Below are positions 22,076 through 33,780 of a stretch of 42,011 bases of DNA, in pieces. Under the pieces are notes generated by a model, which saw nothing but the letters and a program-made list of their open reading frames with translations, was not told the DNA's origin and searched no databases. The stretch spans positions 13,740,604 through 13,782,614 of the forward strand of contig NC_068986.1 of assembly GCF_001194135.2 (NCBI RefSeq). The letters run 5' to 3'. The stretch is from Octopus bimaculoides (Eukaryota). The translations under genes were made by a program, and so were the position numbers. Numbering within the stretch: the first letter of the stretch is position 1; each line of letters starts with the position of its first letter.

Positions 22076-22817
22076 GGCCAAAGAAATACTGGTTTGTTTG
22101 CGACCATGATATGCAACAGAACTTTCTTTTCAACTTAATTTAATCTAAAGCATAGATTATTTGCATCTGCGGCACAACTCTATAAAATGCAAGAAGTTGA
22201 GGGCTATAGTTAACTTCCGATATATCTCATAATAGAAATGTGTATGGTCTTATATCTCATGGCAAGACTTCTGCTAGGGACTTTTTTGTTTAGAGAACTG
22301 TATCTCTCATAAGGCGGTTTAAAACGACCGATCTCAGAGATCAGTCTTTAACTTGCAGCTTTTAGGTATGTCTGTCCACAAAGGATAAAAATATTGAAGA
22401 AATAATTAATGTTAACCTAAACACTGAATCAGCTTCTGAATTTTTCAGAAATAGTTGTGGAGAAGTAGTTATTATAATCAGTGCATAATGGGAAAATACT
22501 CTGAAAGTAACATAACTCTGAAGTGGGAAAATTGTTTCCATTAATTTTATGTTTACGTTATATAACAATTCCTCTTACATTTTTGTAGAAGTGAGCATAT
22601 ATGCCATAAATAAATGGAGTTACTGGAGTTCAAGTTTATCCCGAACGTTCTATTTCTATTAGATGTAAATAATCAATAAAACCTTAAACATGAACGTCTA
22701 AACCAGACCTATGATGACATGAACGAACTGAAATATTTAACTGAATCATCATAAAATTAACTTTCATTTCAATGCCATGTTGAAATCAGCTTCAATGTTT
22801 TATAACCTGAACCGTCA

Positions 22818-22844
22818 GTGACCCAACAGGTCACGGGTAGTCTA

Positions 22845-22845
<1 letters not shown>
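22818..22845 (+). other. Possible Helitron-type 3' terminus (hairpin plus CTAG)
   Basis: GTGACC-CAACA-GGTCAC hairpin, then 7 nt, then CTAG. No 5' TC end was identified. Confidence 0.3.
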
Positions 22846-22922
<77 letters not shown>

Positions 22923-23151
22923 ATTTGTGTATATCTCTGTGTGCGCGCGTGCGCGTGTTTGTACGTGCACATAGATTTATATCATAATATATTCATTTGC
23001 TTACATGTTTTACTACGTGCATACATAACTATACACACATAGATACATACACACGCACACATACACACGTACATACATACATACACATATATATGCAGGC
23101 ATTATGCGTGCGTGTATGCTTGTATGTATGCATGTATAATGCTCGCATTCG

Positions 23152-23790
23152 TTTTTTTATTCTGTCATCTGTTTCAGTCACTGACTGTGGCCATACTGGG
23201 GCAACCATTAGTGCTAATAGTTTTTTTTTAACTTCTAGATTCACTGCTCGGCCCTGTCTCCGGAATTGGTCCTGGCGAAGTAGTGAGTTGGACAAAGCTG
23301 CCCTTCTTTGCGTTTCCTGTTGTGATTTGGGTTCATCTGGGATATTAGATGAAATTTGTCTAATTGTCCTTTGAACACATCCTCATTTACTCCCCGTAGA
23401 TCTCTGAGGCCTTTTGGAATTGTATTCAGAAGATGTGGGCCTTTGAACCTTAATATGTAACTGTATTGGGTCCTTACTCTGGAAGGAGATGGCAGGATCT
23501 TTGGTACTATGCTGTGGCGTCCGATCCTAGTGACTGGTATAACTTTCAATTCCCAAGTTTGATGCTAGACTTTCCAGGATCTGCCAAATATATATACCAT
23601 CTGAGTATCTTACGCGTTTTCTATATAGAAAGCGTAGCCCCGACTCTTTTAACTTCACTTACATCTTTTGTACCAAGGCAATCGTCTTTGTGTAGTGGCG
23701 ATGTATTGCCTCGTGTTATGCTGTTAGTTCGAAGCATTACGTCGACCGTAATTGAGAAAAGTAATCTAGGCGGTTGAGCGCGAATGTTTC
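23152..23790 (-). mobile_element. CR1-like LINE 3' portion including tail
   Basis: Translates as FALNRLDYFSQL..VYIWQILESLASNLGIESY..FKGPHLLNTIPKGLRDLRGVNEDVFKGQLDKF, ending in GGTTGCCCCAGTATGGCCACAGTCAGTGACTGAAACAG. Confidence 0.85.
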
Positions 23791-23977
23791 CATAATAGCA
23801 ATATGGTTCTCCTTTACCGTATTTCCTGATTTGTCACCAACGGATTTCCACCTCTTTCGGTCTCTTTCAAATGCTATGCGCGGAGTTTCGTTCAATACTG
23901 ATGCAGAATTCAGAGCTTGGTTGGATCAATTTTTCGAGTCGAAATCGGGTGATTTCTACCAACGAGGTAGTAGATAG
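23790..23977 (+). mobile_element. Mariner transposase C-terminal relic
   Basis: Translates as FPDLSPTDFHLFRSLSNAMRGVSFNTDAEFRAWLDQFFESKSGDFYQRG, the mariner YSPDLAPSDFHLF motif. Confidence 0.9.
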
Positions 23978-24684
23978 CTGAAAGAAATACTTAAATAGCT
24001 TAGACATAACATTGGTCTTCAGGCAATGTGACATGAGAATGACTAAAAGCATTTTTGAGAAATATTTTTATATATGCAATATCATTGAATGGTGAATCTT
24101 ACATAGATCAACCGCTTGTACACACTTAAATACGCACTGCAGTCTATATAACAGAAAAGGTTTCATATTTTCAAGACCGATAACCTGAAATATGAAACTA
24201 AAACATCAGAATTAATCTCTTTACGCCCGCACATGCGGAATACTTATATAACCTAACGATATTTCAACAACGTTGGTATGAGATCCCAGTGGAACGCTGT
24301 TTTCTTTCTCTTCTTTCAGCTCTCCAAATAATATTTCGCGACTAGACTAGTAATAAAGCCAGAATGATTTCTCCTATAAAGAATTTTCTTATCCCTAAAT
24401 AAATAAGGAAGCTGTAATTCAATAAGTCAGACCATTTCTTTCGACTAACAAGAATAGGTCGTTTTCTGAAACCGACAGAGAAAAAAAATTTCTTTCCTTC
24501 CTTTTTAATAAAACCACACATCAATCGTCGCTAGAGTGTGTGCATTGACATACAGAGTAAAGGAACACACACGAAAAAGAAAAAAGAAACACACGCACAT
24601 ACACATACACACACATATACATACACAAATGCACGTATACATACACAAGTACACGCGCAAAGGGAACTATAATATAATGTAATG

Positions 24685-24743
<59 letters not shown>

Positions 24744-24843
24744 GTTTGTCTGTCTATCTATCTATACACACGAATATTTATTTATACACACTCATATGAA
24801 GCATAATACAATAATTTCTCTCTCTCTATATATNNNNNNNNNN

Positions 24844-24892
<49 letters not shown>

Positions 24893-24973
24893 AATATAGT
24901 ATTCACACACGCACACACATACGCACATATACCCACACAAAAACACATACTGATAAACACATGTATGTATATA

Positions 24974-26203
24974 CAGGGTGTCTTAAAAATGTATAAACAC
25001 ATTGAATGACTACAAAGTCAGATTTAAGGTAACTTCATTGCGGTTTCAAATGTGATTGAATCTACAAAGAATATAATTTTTGATGAACGCCTGTCTTAAA
25101 ACTTATGACCGTTCTGCTCGAGACAATGCCGATAACATGAAGCAATGGAATTGCAAATATCATTAGTTCGGTTTTTGTGCACATGCTCATTGAACGGCTA
25201 CCTTCAATCCGTCGACTGTTATCGGTTTTCTACTGAACGTTATATCTTTCAAGTATTCCCTCATAGTGTGGTGGTGAATGTGGAGGGTGTTCTGTTTTAC
25301 TTCTTTATCCAATCCATCTATTTCGAAAAAAATCTCATCAAGCTAGGACCTTACAATACCATGGTAGTGTAGGAGAGCTCCATCTTGCTGGAAATAAAAC
25401 TCCACATCTTCAAAGTCCTCTCGAAAGCTTTGCATGACAGATTATCGTATCGTTCAAGTAAATGAAACCAGTCACAGTACCGCCAAAAGTAAATGGTCCA
25501 ATCCTTTTTGGTAATAAACCGCACCAAATGCGAATCCTAGTAAATAAATATTATTTGTTCTGTAATATACGGTTCTCGGGTCTCCAGTAGGTTCCATTGT
25601 GGTATCTAATAGGATCATTTAATTTAAATGTGGCCTCATTATTCCAAACAACCTTTGTTGGAATGTATGCATCTTCTAGACACATTGCCAAGTATTCTTC
25701 GTAGAATTCCACTCTTCCGTCTGGATCATCTTCATTGAAAGCACAGACTGTTCTTAGAATGTAACTTTCCCAAACGCAGTCCTTCAAAATGCGATGTACG
25801 CTTGATTTTAAGATTCTTATTCCACTACTCTCTTGTTTCATAGATTTTCTTGATCATTGGCAATACGATTCTAGTGCCCTTTGTTGCTTTGTGGGACTCA
25901 TCGATGTCCGCGGTTTTCTGGAACGTTTTTTGTAGACTTTATGAACAGTTTCATCTGCTTCAAATCCATCTCTAATTCGAGTAACGATAGCTCACGTAGC
26001 TGGATCTCTTTGACACTCCGTCCTATACTATCTTTGCATTTCTACTGCATTTTAAAGCTTCTGGTAGAATCTTCCAATAAATATCCTCCTTTCAAATGTC
26101 AGCCAGGCTCCCTTCATTATGTCTCATTTATTAAATGGAAAAGGAAATGGAAATTAAGTGAGTTATCTGTTAAAGAGTGTATACATGTTTTGGGTATATC
26201 CTG
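24974..26203 (-). mobile_element. Full-length decayed Tc1/mariner element (rosa/DD41D-like), 1230 bp
   Basis: TA-CAGGGTGTCTTAAAAATGTATA at the left end and CATGTTTTGGGTATATCCTG-TA at the right end (imperfect TIRs, TA TSD), with an internal transposase pseudogene. Confidence 0.85.
25095..26117 (-). pseudogene. Transposase pseudogene (N-terminal HTH; FQQDGA; first catalytic D lost as NNEATF)
   Basis: Translates as [96 protein letters not shown], with several stops and frameshifts. Confidence 0.85.
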
Positions 26204-27154
26204 TATATATATATATACNNNNNNNNNNNNNNNNNNNNNNNNNNNNNNNNNNNNNNNNNNNNNNNNNNNNNNNNNNNNNNNNNNNNNNNNNNNNNNNNNN
26301 NNNNNNNNNNNNNNNNNNNNNNNNNNNNNNNNNNNNNNNNNNNNNNNNNNNNNNNNNNNNNNNNNNNNNNNNNNNNNNNNNNNNNNNNNNNNNNNNNNNN
26401 NNNNNNNNNNNNNNNNNNNNNNNNNNNNNNNNNNNNNNNNNNNNNNNNNNNNNNNNNNNNNNNNNNNNNNNNNNNNNNNNNNNNNNNNNNNNNNNNNNNN
26501 NNNNNNNNNNNNNNNNNNNNNNNNNNNNNNNNNNNNNNNNNNNNNNNNNNNNNNNNNNNNNNNNNNNNNNNNNNNNNNNNNNNNNNNNNNNNNNNNNNNN
26601 NNNNNNNNNNNNNNNNNNNNNNNNNNNNNNNNNNNNNNNNNNNNNNNNNNNNNNNNNNNNNNNNNNNNNNNNNNNNNNNNNNNNNNNNNNNNNNNNNNNN
26701 NNNNNNNNNNNNNNNNNNNNNNNNNNNNNNNNNNNNNNNNGTAGGTAAATGTGTGTGTATATGTGAGTCAACATATGCAAGGATAATTGTATTTTTCGTG
26801 TCTGCACATTTATGAATGTAAATGTTGAATTAAAACCAAATATGACAGAAAAAAAAAAATGCTTTACGAAAATATTAAAAAAACTTTTTGTTTTGGAAAA
26901 ATTGTTAATTACAAATTTGAAATAATAATAATAAAAAAAAAAACTATCCACATTTCTTGCGTAAGTTTGTTTCAGACATTTGAAATTATTTGTGACAGTC
27001 TGCTAGTGAATAAGAAATATTTGTAAAAAGTAAAACAAAAATGACATTATGATGTATTGAATAAATAAAAGCGAGAAACGAACTCACGACACGTGAAAAC
27101 CCGCATCGTGGACACACAATACATGTATACATATTCGTATATAAGTATGTATAT

Positions 27155-27657
27155 TTTCTTATCTTTTACTTGTTCCAGTCACTGGACTGCGGCCATGCTG
27201 GAACACCACTTTGAAGGGGTTTAGTGGAACTAATTGACTTCAGTTTTTTTATTTCTTTATTGCCCACAGGGGGCTAAACATAGAGGGGACAAACAAGGAC
27301 AGACAAAGGGATTAAGTCGATTACATCGACCTCAGTGCATAACTGGTACTTTATCGACCCCCGAAAGGATGAAAGGCAAAGTCAACCTTGGCGGAATTTG
27401 AACTCAGACCGTAACGGAAGACGAAATGCCGCTAAGCATTTCGCCCGGCGTGCTAACGTTTCTGCCAGCTCGCACCCCTAGTTTGACTTCAGTTTTTATT
27501 ACTGTTTTTGAATGTCTTGCATGTCTTCTATCGGGCCTCTTTTACCGAAACCGCTGTGCTGCGAGTTCATAAATAAACGGAGACAGGTTTTCAAATAACG
27601 TCTTGGTGTTTAGAGAGGCAGACCCAAACCCAAAACACATACATACGTTTAGTACGT

Positions 27658-27660
<3 letters not shown>
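27155..27660 (-). mobile_element. Decayed SINE family A 3' half interrupted by a SINE B insertion
   Basis: Family A tail at 27155-27248 resumes at 27483. Confidence 0.7.
27249..27482 (-). mobile_element. SINE family B, full length, with 15-bp TSD TTGACTTCAGTTTTT
   Basis: TSD at 27234-27248 and 27483-27497. Tail AATAAAGAAATAAAA on the minus strand. Confidence 0.92.
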
Positions 27661-27691
<31 letters not shown>

Positions 27692-27695
27692 ACGC

Positions 27696-27726
<31 letters not shown>

Positions 27727-27819
27727 CACACATACACGCACCTATATCACTATATCGACCAGACTATCGAATGTTGTTATACACCGCTGGTCACAGTGCG
27801 CTTCAACTTCTTTCTTGAT

Positions 27820-27990
27820 CGCGTCATTTCTTTCCAACTTGCCTCAATCGTTTAACTAAATCGTTTTCCCATCGTCGCAGAGGCATTCGAAGAAGCTTTT
27901 TCCGATCTCCTTGATACAACCCGGCAGCTGCACTTGTTCACCTAATGTCTGGTGACCCAGCGGAATTTGCGCCTTTGGTATTCTGCAAGG
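27820..27990 (-). mobile_element. RTE-clade LINE C-terminal relic
   Basis: Minus frames give RRKFRW and LYQGDRKKLLRMPLRRWENDLVKRL, matching RTE RW.GH..WYPRDxKRPxGRPxRRWEDD. Confidence 0.55.
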
Positions 27991-28937
27991 AAACTATGGA
28001 ACATACATATATAAAGACATGATTCGTTTTATTGGTCGAAAGACCCCTGCTATTTCCTTGTTGTTTGTATTTATAAGTATGTAACATTTTCTCCGTTCTT
28101 TTGTTTTTGTTGTACACATTTACTTGCTTTCTTCCCCAAAATTTAATGCTCTTAGNNNNNNNNNNNNNNNNNNNNNNNNNNNNNNNNNNNNNNNNNNNNN
28201 NNNNNNNNNNNNNNNNNNNNNNNNNNNNNNNNNNNNNNNNNNNNNNNNNNNNNNNNNNNNNNNNNNNNNNNNNNNNNNNNNNNNNNNNNNNNNNNNNNNN
28301 NNNNNNNNNNNNNNNNNNNNNNNNNNNNNNNNNNNNNNNNNNNNNNNNNNNNNNNNNNNNNNNNNNNNNNNNNNNNNNNNNNNNNNNNNNNNNNNNNNNN
28401 NNNNNNNNNNNNNNNNNNNNNNNNNNNNNNNNNNNNNNNNNNNNNNNNNNNNNNNNNNNNNNNNNNNNNNNNNNNNNNNNNNNNNNNNNNNNNNNNNNNN
28501 NNNNNNNNNNNNNNNNNNNNNNNNNNNNNNNNNNNNNNNNNNNNNNNNNNNNNNNNNNNNNNNNNNNNNNNNNNNNNNNNNNNNNNNNNNNNNNNNNNNN
28601 NNNNNNNNNNNNNNNNNNNNNNNNNNNNNNNNNNNNNNNNNNNNNNNNNNNNNNNNNNNNNNNNNNNNNNNNNNNNNNNNNNNNNNNNNNNNNNNNNNNN
28701 NNNNNNNNNNNNNNNNNNNNNNNNNNNNNNNNNNNNNNNNNNNNNNNNNNNNNNNNNNNNNNNNNNNNNNNNNNNNNNNNNNNNNNNNNNNNNNNNNNNN
28801 NNNNNNNNNNNNNNNNNNNNNNNNNNNNNNNNNNNNNNNNNNNNNNNNNNNNNNNNNNNNNNNNNNNNNNNNNNNNNNNNNNNNNNNNNNNNNNNNNNNN
28901 NNNNNNNNNNNNNNNNNNNNNNNNNNNNNNNNNNNNN

Positions 28938-28974
<37 letters not shown>

Positions 28975-29096
28975 TCATACATACATACATACATACATAC
29001 ATACATAGACACGTACATACACATGTCTATTCATGTATTGTTTATATACACCCATATGTAGAATCATATGTACGCATGCATGCATATATGTATTAC

Positions 29097-29300
29097 TTTT
29101 ATCTTTTGCTTGTTTCAGTCATTAGACTACAGCCATGTTGGGGCATCGCTTTGAAGAATTTTTAGTCAAAAGAATCCCAGTACTTTATTTTTAAGCCTGA
29201 TATTTATTCTGTCTATGACTTCTGCCGAATCACAAAATTCTGGTGACGTAAACAAACCAACTTCGTCTGTCAAACGGTGGTGGGGACATGGTGTGGGGGC
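29097..29300 (-). mobile_element. SINE family A 3' half, decayed
   Basis: TTTTATCTTTTGCTTGTTTCAGTCATTAGACTACAGCCATGTTGGGGCATCGC is the reverse complement of the tail. Confidence 0.75.
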
Positions 29301-29807
29301 ACACGCTCTGAACGAAAGAGACAAACTCCAGCACTCTTCTATCGCCACCCGTCTGCCCATTCGACATTAGGCTACTTGCAGACACAAGCAGATTTCTTTA
29401 CCGCATCGTCTCCGACCGGAGATGGAAGAATGATGTATTTACGTCAATATGGAACTGAGAAATGGCTGAGTTCCGACAAACAAGTGACACATCGATCCAA
29501 GCCATAGCTGCAATCACGCAAGACAATGATCTACATTTGATGGCACTGCAAAGGGCTAATCTACTAAGTGCTTGAAAACGACGATATAGTCAATATAAAT
29601 CTTAGCGTTCTGCAAATGCACCGGCTCAGCGAGGCAATCTTGCCGACCGGCGACACAAGTTCTTCAACGCAACCACACTCATTTGGTAAATTTTGAAAGT
29701 TTTTGAATTATTAGGATTTATGGAAGTTTATTTCATGTAAAAATACTGAAAATTTAGAAAGAAGAAATTTTGAATTCAATCCGATAACCAATATGTAAAT
29801 TTTACAG

Positions 29808-29931
29808 TTACTAAGATGATTTTTAATGATGCCAATCTGGAGGAATTTGAATTTCACGGAATAGCTCCTATTGTAGAAGACTCAGTTACTGAAAAAAATT
29901 TAGACATTTACAGCATGATTAAAAATATATT
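29808..29931 (+). CDS. Candidate internal exon of unknown product (unverified)
   Basis: Acceptor AAATTTTACAG|, donor |GTGAGT, 124 nt (2+120+2). One open frame: TKMIFNDANLEEFEFHGIAPIVEDSVTEKNLDIYSMIKNI. Confidence 0.3.
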
Positions 29932-30511
29932 GTGAGTTCGTTTCCTTGCCTCTCCCTACAAAAAAAAAAAAGCCCAAACAAACAAAAACAAAATCAAGCC
30001 ATGGGCCATAAAGAACCTGGTTGAGAAACCACTAGACGAAAGGGAAGAAATGTTTTCCAATGATGAATGAAACTCGGCAGCAACCAGCATATTGACGTTC
30101 GAACCCAGCAAAACGTTTTGGCGAATGAACCGATTCGTTCAACGTTGTTAATACACGGATATATCGCAATCTTTTCAAATAATGAATTTAATGTTACAAA
30201 TGATGCTAAATCATGAGTGGGGACAACTAGAGTGAAAACTAGAAAATTGGATCGAAGGAATCCGAAGAGAATCTGTGCAGAAATCATGTTCGTGGATGTT
30301 TTTGAAAAATTAAATTGATTAAATCTTGCAATTTCCACCCAGTTGAGAAAATGTGTCACTGAAGAAACTGAATAACAGAAGAGTTAATTAATTATTGGAT
30401 TGGTGGAATATTTAAGGAAGTATTCGTCTAATTCTTGCATGCTAAATTATCTATATATACATATATACATACATAACTATACATTACATATATATACAGA
30501 TATATAGATAA

Positions 30512-30586
<75 letters not shown>

Positions 30587-31061
30587 CTATCTACACATTA
30601 TTTACATGTATCACATTCATATATAGGTACAAATAAATTCCATACGTNNNNNNNNNNNNNNNNNNNNNNNNNNNNNNNNNNNNNNNNNNNNNNNNNNNNN
30701 NNNNNNNNNNNNNNNNNNNNNNNNNNNNNNNNNNNNNNNNNNNNNNNNNNNNNNNNNNNNNNNNNNNNNNNNNNNNNNNNNNNNNNNNNNNNNNNNNNNN
30801 NNNNNNNNNNNNNNNNNNNNNNNNNNNNNNNNNNNNNNNNNNNNNNNNNNNNNNNNNNNNNNNNNNNNNNNNNNNNNNCATGATACAAAATATACACTTC
30901 ATACATGTAACAATGCATAAACTCATATTCGTGTATGGGCTCATATACTTTCCAGGATGTACGCATGTTTATTTGTATGCATGTATGTATGTATGTATGT
31001 ATGTATGTGTGAATGTGCTTCTATATATGTGTGTGTGAGAAAATTATGTATGTATTCATGC

Positions 31062-31100
<39 letters not shown>

Positions 31101-31969
31101 CGTACGCATACATATGCATGTACACCCCCCCCCACAAGAATATGTCTACAAATGTACCTATACATAAATAAATATGGATGCACATTCATAAAAATACGTA
31201 ATATTTATTCACACACATACAAACAAAACACGCAGCCGCACACATATGAAAACATCAATGCACAGAAAGTATATTTTTTTCTTATACGTTCCTTTTATGT
31301 GTATATATCTACTTTTCATAGTTCAAGAATTGTTATATTATACGTGATGGGAAATCGACGAAAGAAATATTAAAACCGCAACACAACATAATACAACACA
31401 GCACACAGGAGCATACACACACAAACATGGACAAACAATGACACACTCACCAATGGCTTCCATACATACAGACGTACATAGCCAAAAACATCATCACAAA
31501 ATAATTCGAAAAAATATCAAAAAATCAACATTGTTTTACAGTCAGAATATAAATTCTGGCTGCAAAAATTTTATAATTTAAAAATATTGTAATGCGGCAA
31601 ACGAAAATTTCTTTCTATTCATTGAATATATTTCTGAAGAAGAAGAACATGAAAAAAACATTAAAATTTAAGTAGCGAACAAACAAACAAACTAACCAGC
31701 TAACAAATATTCTAGACAATAATGACTGTGTGCATGTGTATGTGCGTGAGCGCGCGCTTGTATGTCTGTGTGAGTGTTTGTGTGTGCATTTAAGTGTTTG
31801 TGTATGTTTGTAAACGTAAGTGTGCGTGTATAAATATATATATATANNNNNNNNNNNNNNNNNNNNNNNNNNNNNNNNNNNNNNNNNNNNNNNNNNNNNN
31901 NNNNNNNNNNNNNNNNNNNNNNNNNNNNNNNNNNNNNNNNNNNNNNATATATATATATATATATATATA

Positions 31970-32135
31970 CAAGGTCTGATGAAGAAGTAACCGGACTGTT
32001 GACATAGAAACGAAGCTAAAAGACGCAGAGTAAAGCCGCTTGGCAAAAGATTAACCTTAAACTCTGCTGTACATGTGCATTAAGTTTTAGCGTTCTAACT
32101 AACTTCTGCTGTTGGAAGGAAGGTGTGTAGTATGT
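31970..32135 (+). mobile_element. Mariner 5' end (TIR and leader), truncated
   Basis: TA-CAAGGTCTGATGAAGAAGTAACCGGACTG resembles a mariner TIR of the TACGAGGTCTGATCAA..GTATCCGGACT type. The family match is from recall. Confidence 0.55.
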
Positions 32136-32259
32136 GATCACAAAGTGAGTTAGTTATCTACTTGGTGTTTGTAAGAATGGAGAGGTTAGCAGTAAAATTA
32201 AGTCATACGTACCTCCAAGTAAATTATGTCAACAGTTACTCAAAATTCATTCTCACTGC

Positions 32260-33345
32260 ATTGTGCGAAAGTACATTTATATGCGTACAGGCATCTCGAG
32301 AGTCTTTCAGAAATTCTATTAATTATCTTTTCGTTAGTTCAAAGAATAGACAGGGATTTCTCGGAGCAGTGACGATATCTGGAAATTATATTGTATGGTT
32401 TTGCATGCCTTACTATGGACCAAGTTATGCTGTACCTCATTTTATCCTCCTTCAGTCACCGTACAAAATTAGCCAAAGATGTTGAATGTATCTTCTTAAT
32501 TGTCTTAAAGCTGGCAGCATGGTTACGATAACAATTCTTAAATAAATCAGCCGTCTGCCCAGTGCAAACACAGGCCCTCCCCTTGTGTGCACTGCACATT
32601 TATACACAAGATTTTTAGTCATACAGAGATTTATTAATGGACATTTTGATTTTCCCTTGCATTTGCATTTATCGTATGTATTTGTATGCAAGGCAGTCCC
32701 AACTCCATTTACTGCCGTTGTTACCGTGTTAGCTGTATCATAAGTATTTCTACTATTACAATTTGGCCGTAATTGGTGTTTTCAGTGCGGTTTACGTTTC
32801 CTGTAGGTGTGTAATTGAACCTTTGTTGCATTTTGCTATTATTTATGCGATGCATACGCTGCTCTAAATTAGCAGAGTTAGTGTAGGATACCTTTACGGT
32901 GTGTCGATTAAAAATAGCATGATACCGATTAAATTTAGGAAAACATTTGTCCAAAGTAGCAAAGAATTTTCCAGCGATCTTGGTTGAAACATGAAAACTG
33001 GAAATCAGGTTGAACCAAAAGACATCCTGATTCCTATATCGATTGTTAGGCTTATTCGATCGAGTGTGTTGAACAGGATTGGAACAAACAGTTGAATTAT
33101 TATGTCGCGTGTGTCTATGAGTTTTCGTTGGTAGTTCATTGATATGACCAATTCTTCTTGGCCTGTATTTTCTATCTGAGTGAGTTCTCAAACCGTAACG
33201 TTGTGATTGTGTTCAATGCGCATTACAACTGGAGGAATTACCAGTGTTGTGTATGGCTGCTTCTTATATATATTGAATTTTTTTAACGGTACCCAACCTT
33301 AGCTAGAGCAGCATTATAATAAGTTGCGTGTGATTTGTACATGCA
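32260..33345 (-). mobile_element. Penelope-like element: RT C-terminus, linker and GIY-YIG endonuclease region, decayed
   Basis: Translates as YYNAALAKVGYR..RNQDVFWFN..STKIAGKFFATLDKCFPK..IFNRHTVKVSY..CKCKGKSKCPLINLCMTKNLVYKCAV..LKEDKMRYSITWSIVRHAKPY. Confidence 0.88.
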
Positions 33346-33354
33346 TATAAAATC

Positions 33355-33780
33355 GGTTTCAAATTTTGGAACACGGCGAATAAGTTCAGGAGAAGGGCTA
33401 AGTCGATTATATTGATCCCAATGCTCAACTCGTACTTTATTTGTAGACCACGAAATGATGAACGTTAAAGTCGACCGCGGCGGTATTAGAACTGAGAACA
33501 TAAACACAGACAAAATACTAACCATTTTCCCCGGCATCATAACGATTCTTATTTCTTTATTGCCCACAAGGGGCTAAACAGAGGGAACAAACAAGGACAG
33601 ACGAACGGATTAAGTCGATTACATTGACCCCAGTGTGTAACTGGTACTTAATTCATCGACCCCGAAAGGATGAAAGGCAAAGTCGACCTCGGCGGAATTG
33701 GAACTCAGAAGGTAACGGCAGACGAAATACCGCTAAGCATTTCGCCCGCCACCATAACGATTCTGCCAGCTCCCCGCCCG
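33355..33780 (-). mobile_element. Old SINE B with a younger SINE B (33550-33752) nested in its head
   Basis: 12-bp TSD CATAACGATTCT at 33538-33549 and 33753-33764. Confidence 0.82.

Noticed and set aside
22294-22365. 72-nt AG/GT-bounded exon
   Set aside because: All three frames contain stops. It could only be non-coding, and there is no further support.
27856-27945. Helical-looking peptide EAFEEAFSDLLDTTRQLHLF as an exon
   Set aside because: It is the antisense of an RTE LINE relic on the minus strand.
31976-32010. Hammerhead core CTGATGA ... GAAAC
   Set aside because: No stem II or stem I pairing. The sequence directly follows TA and fits a mariner TIR.
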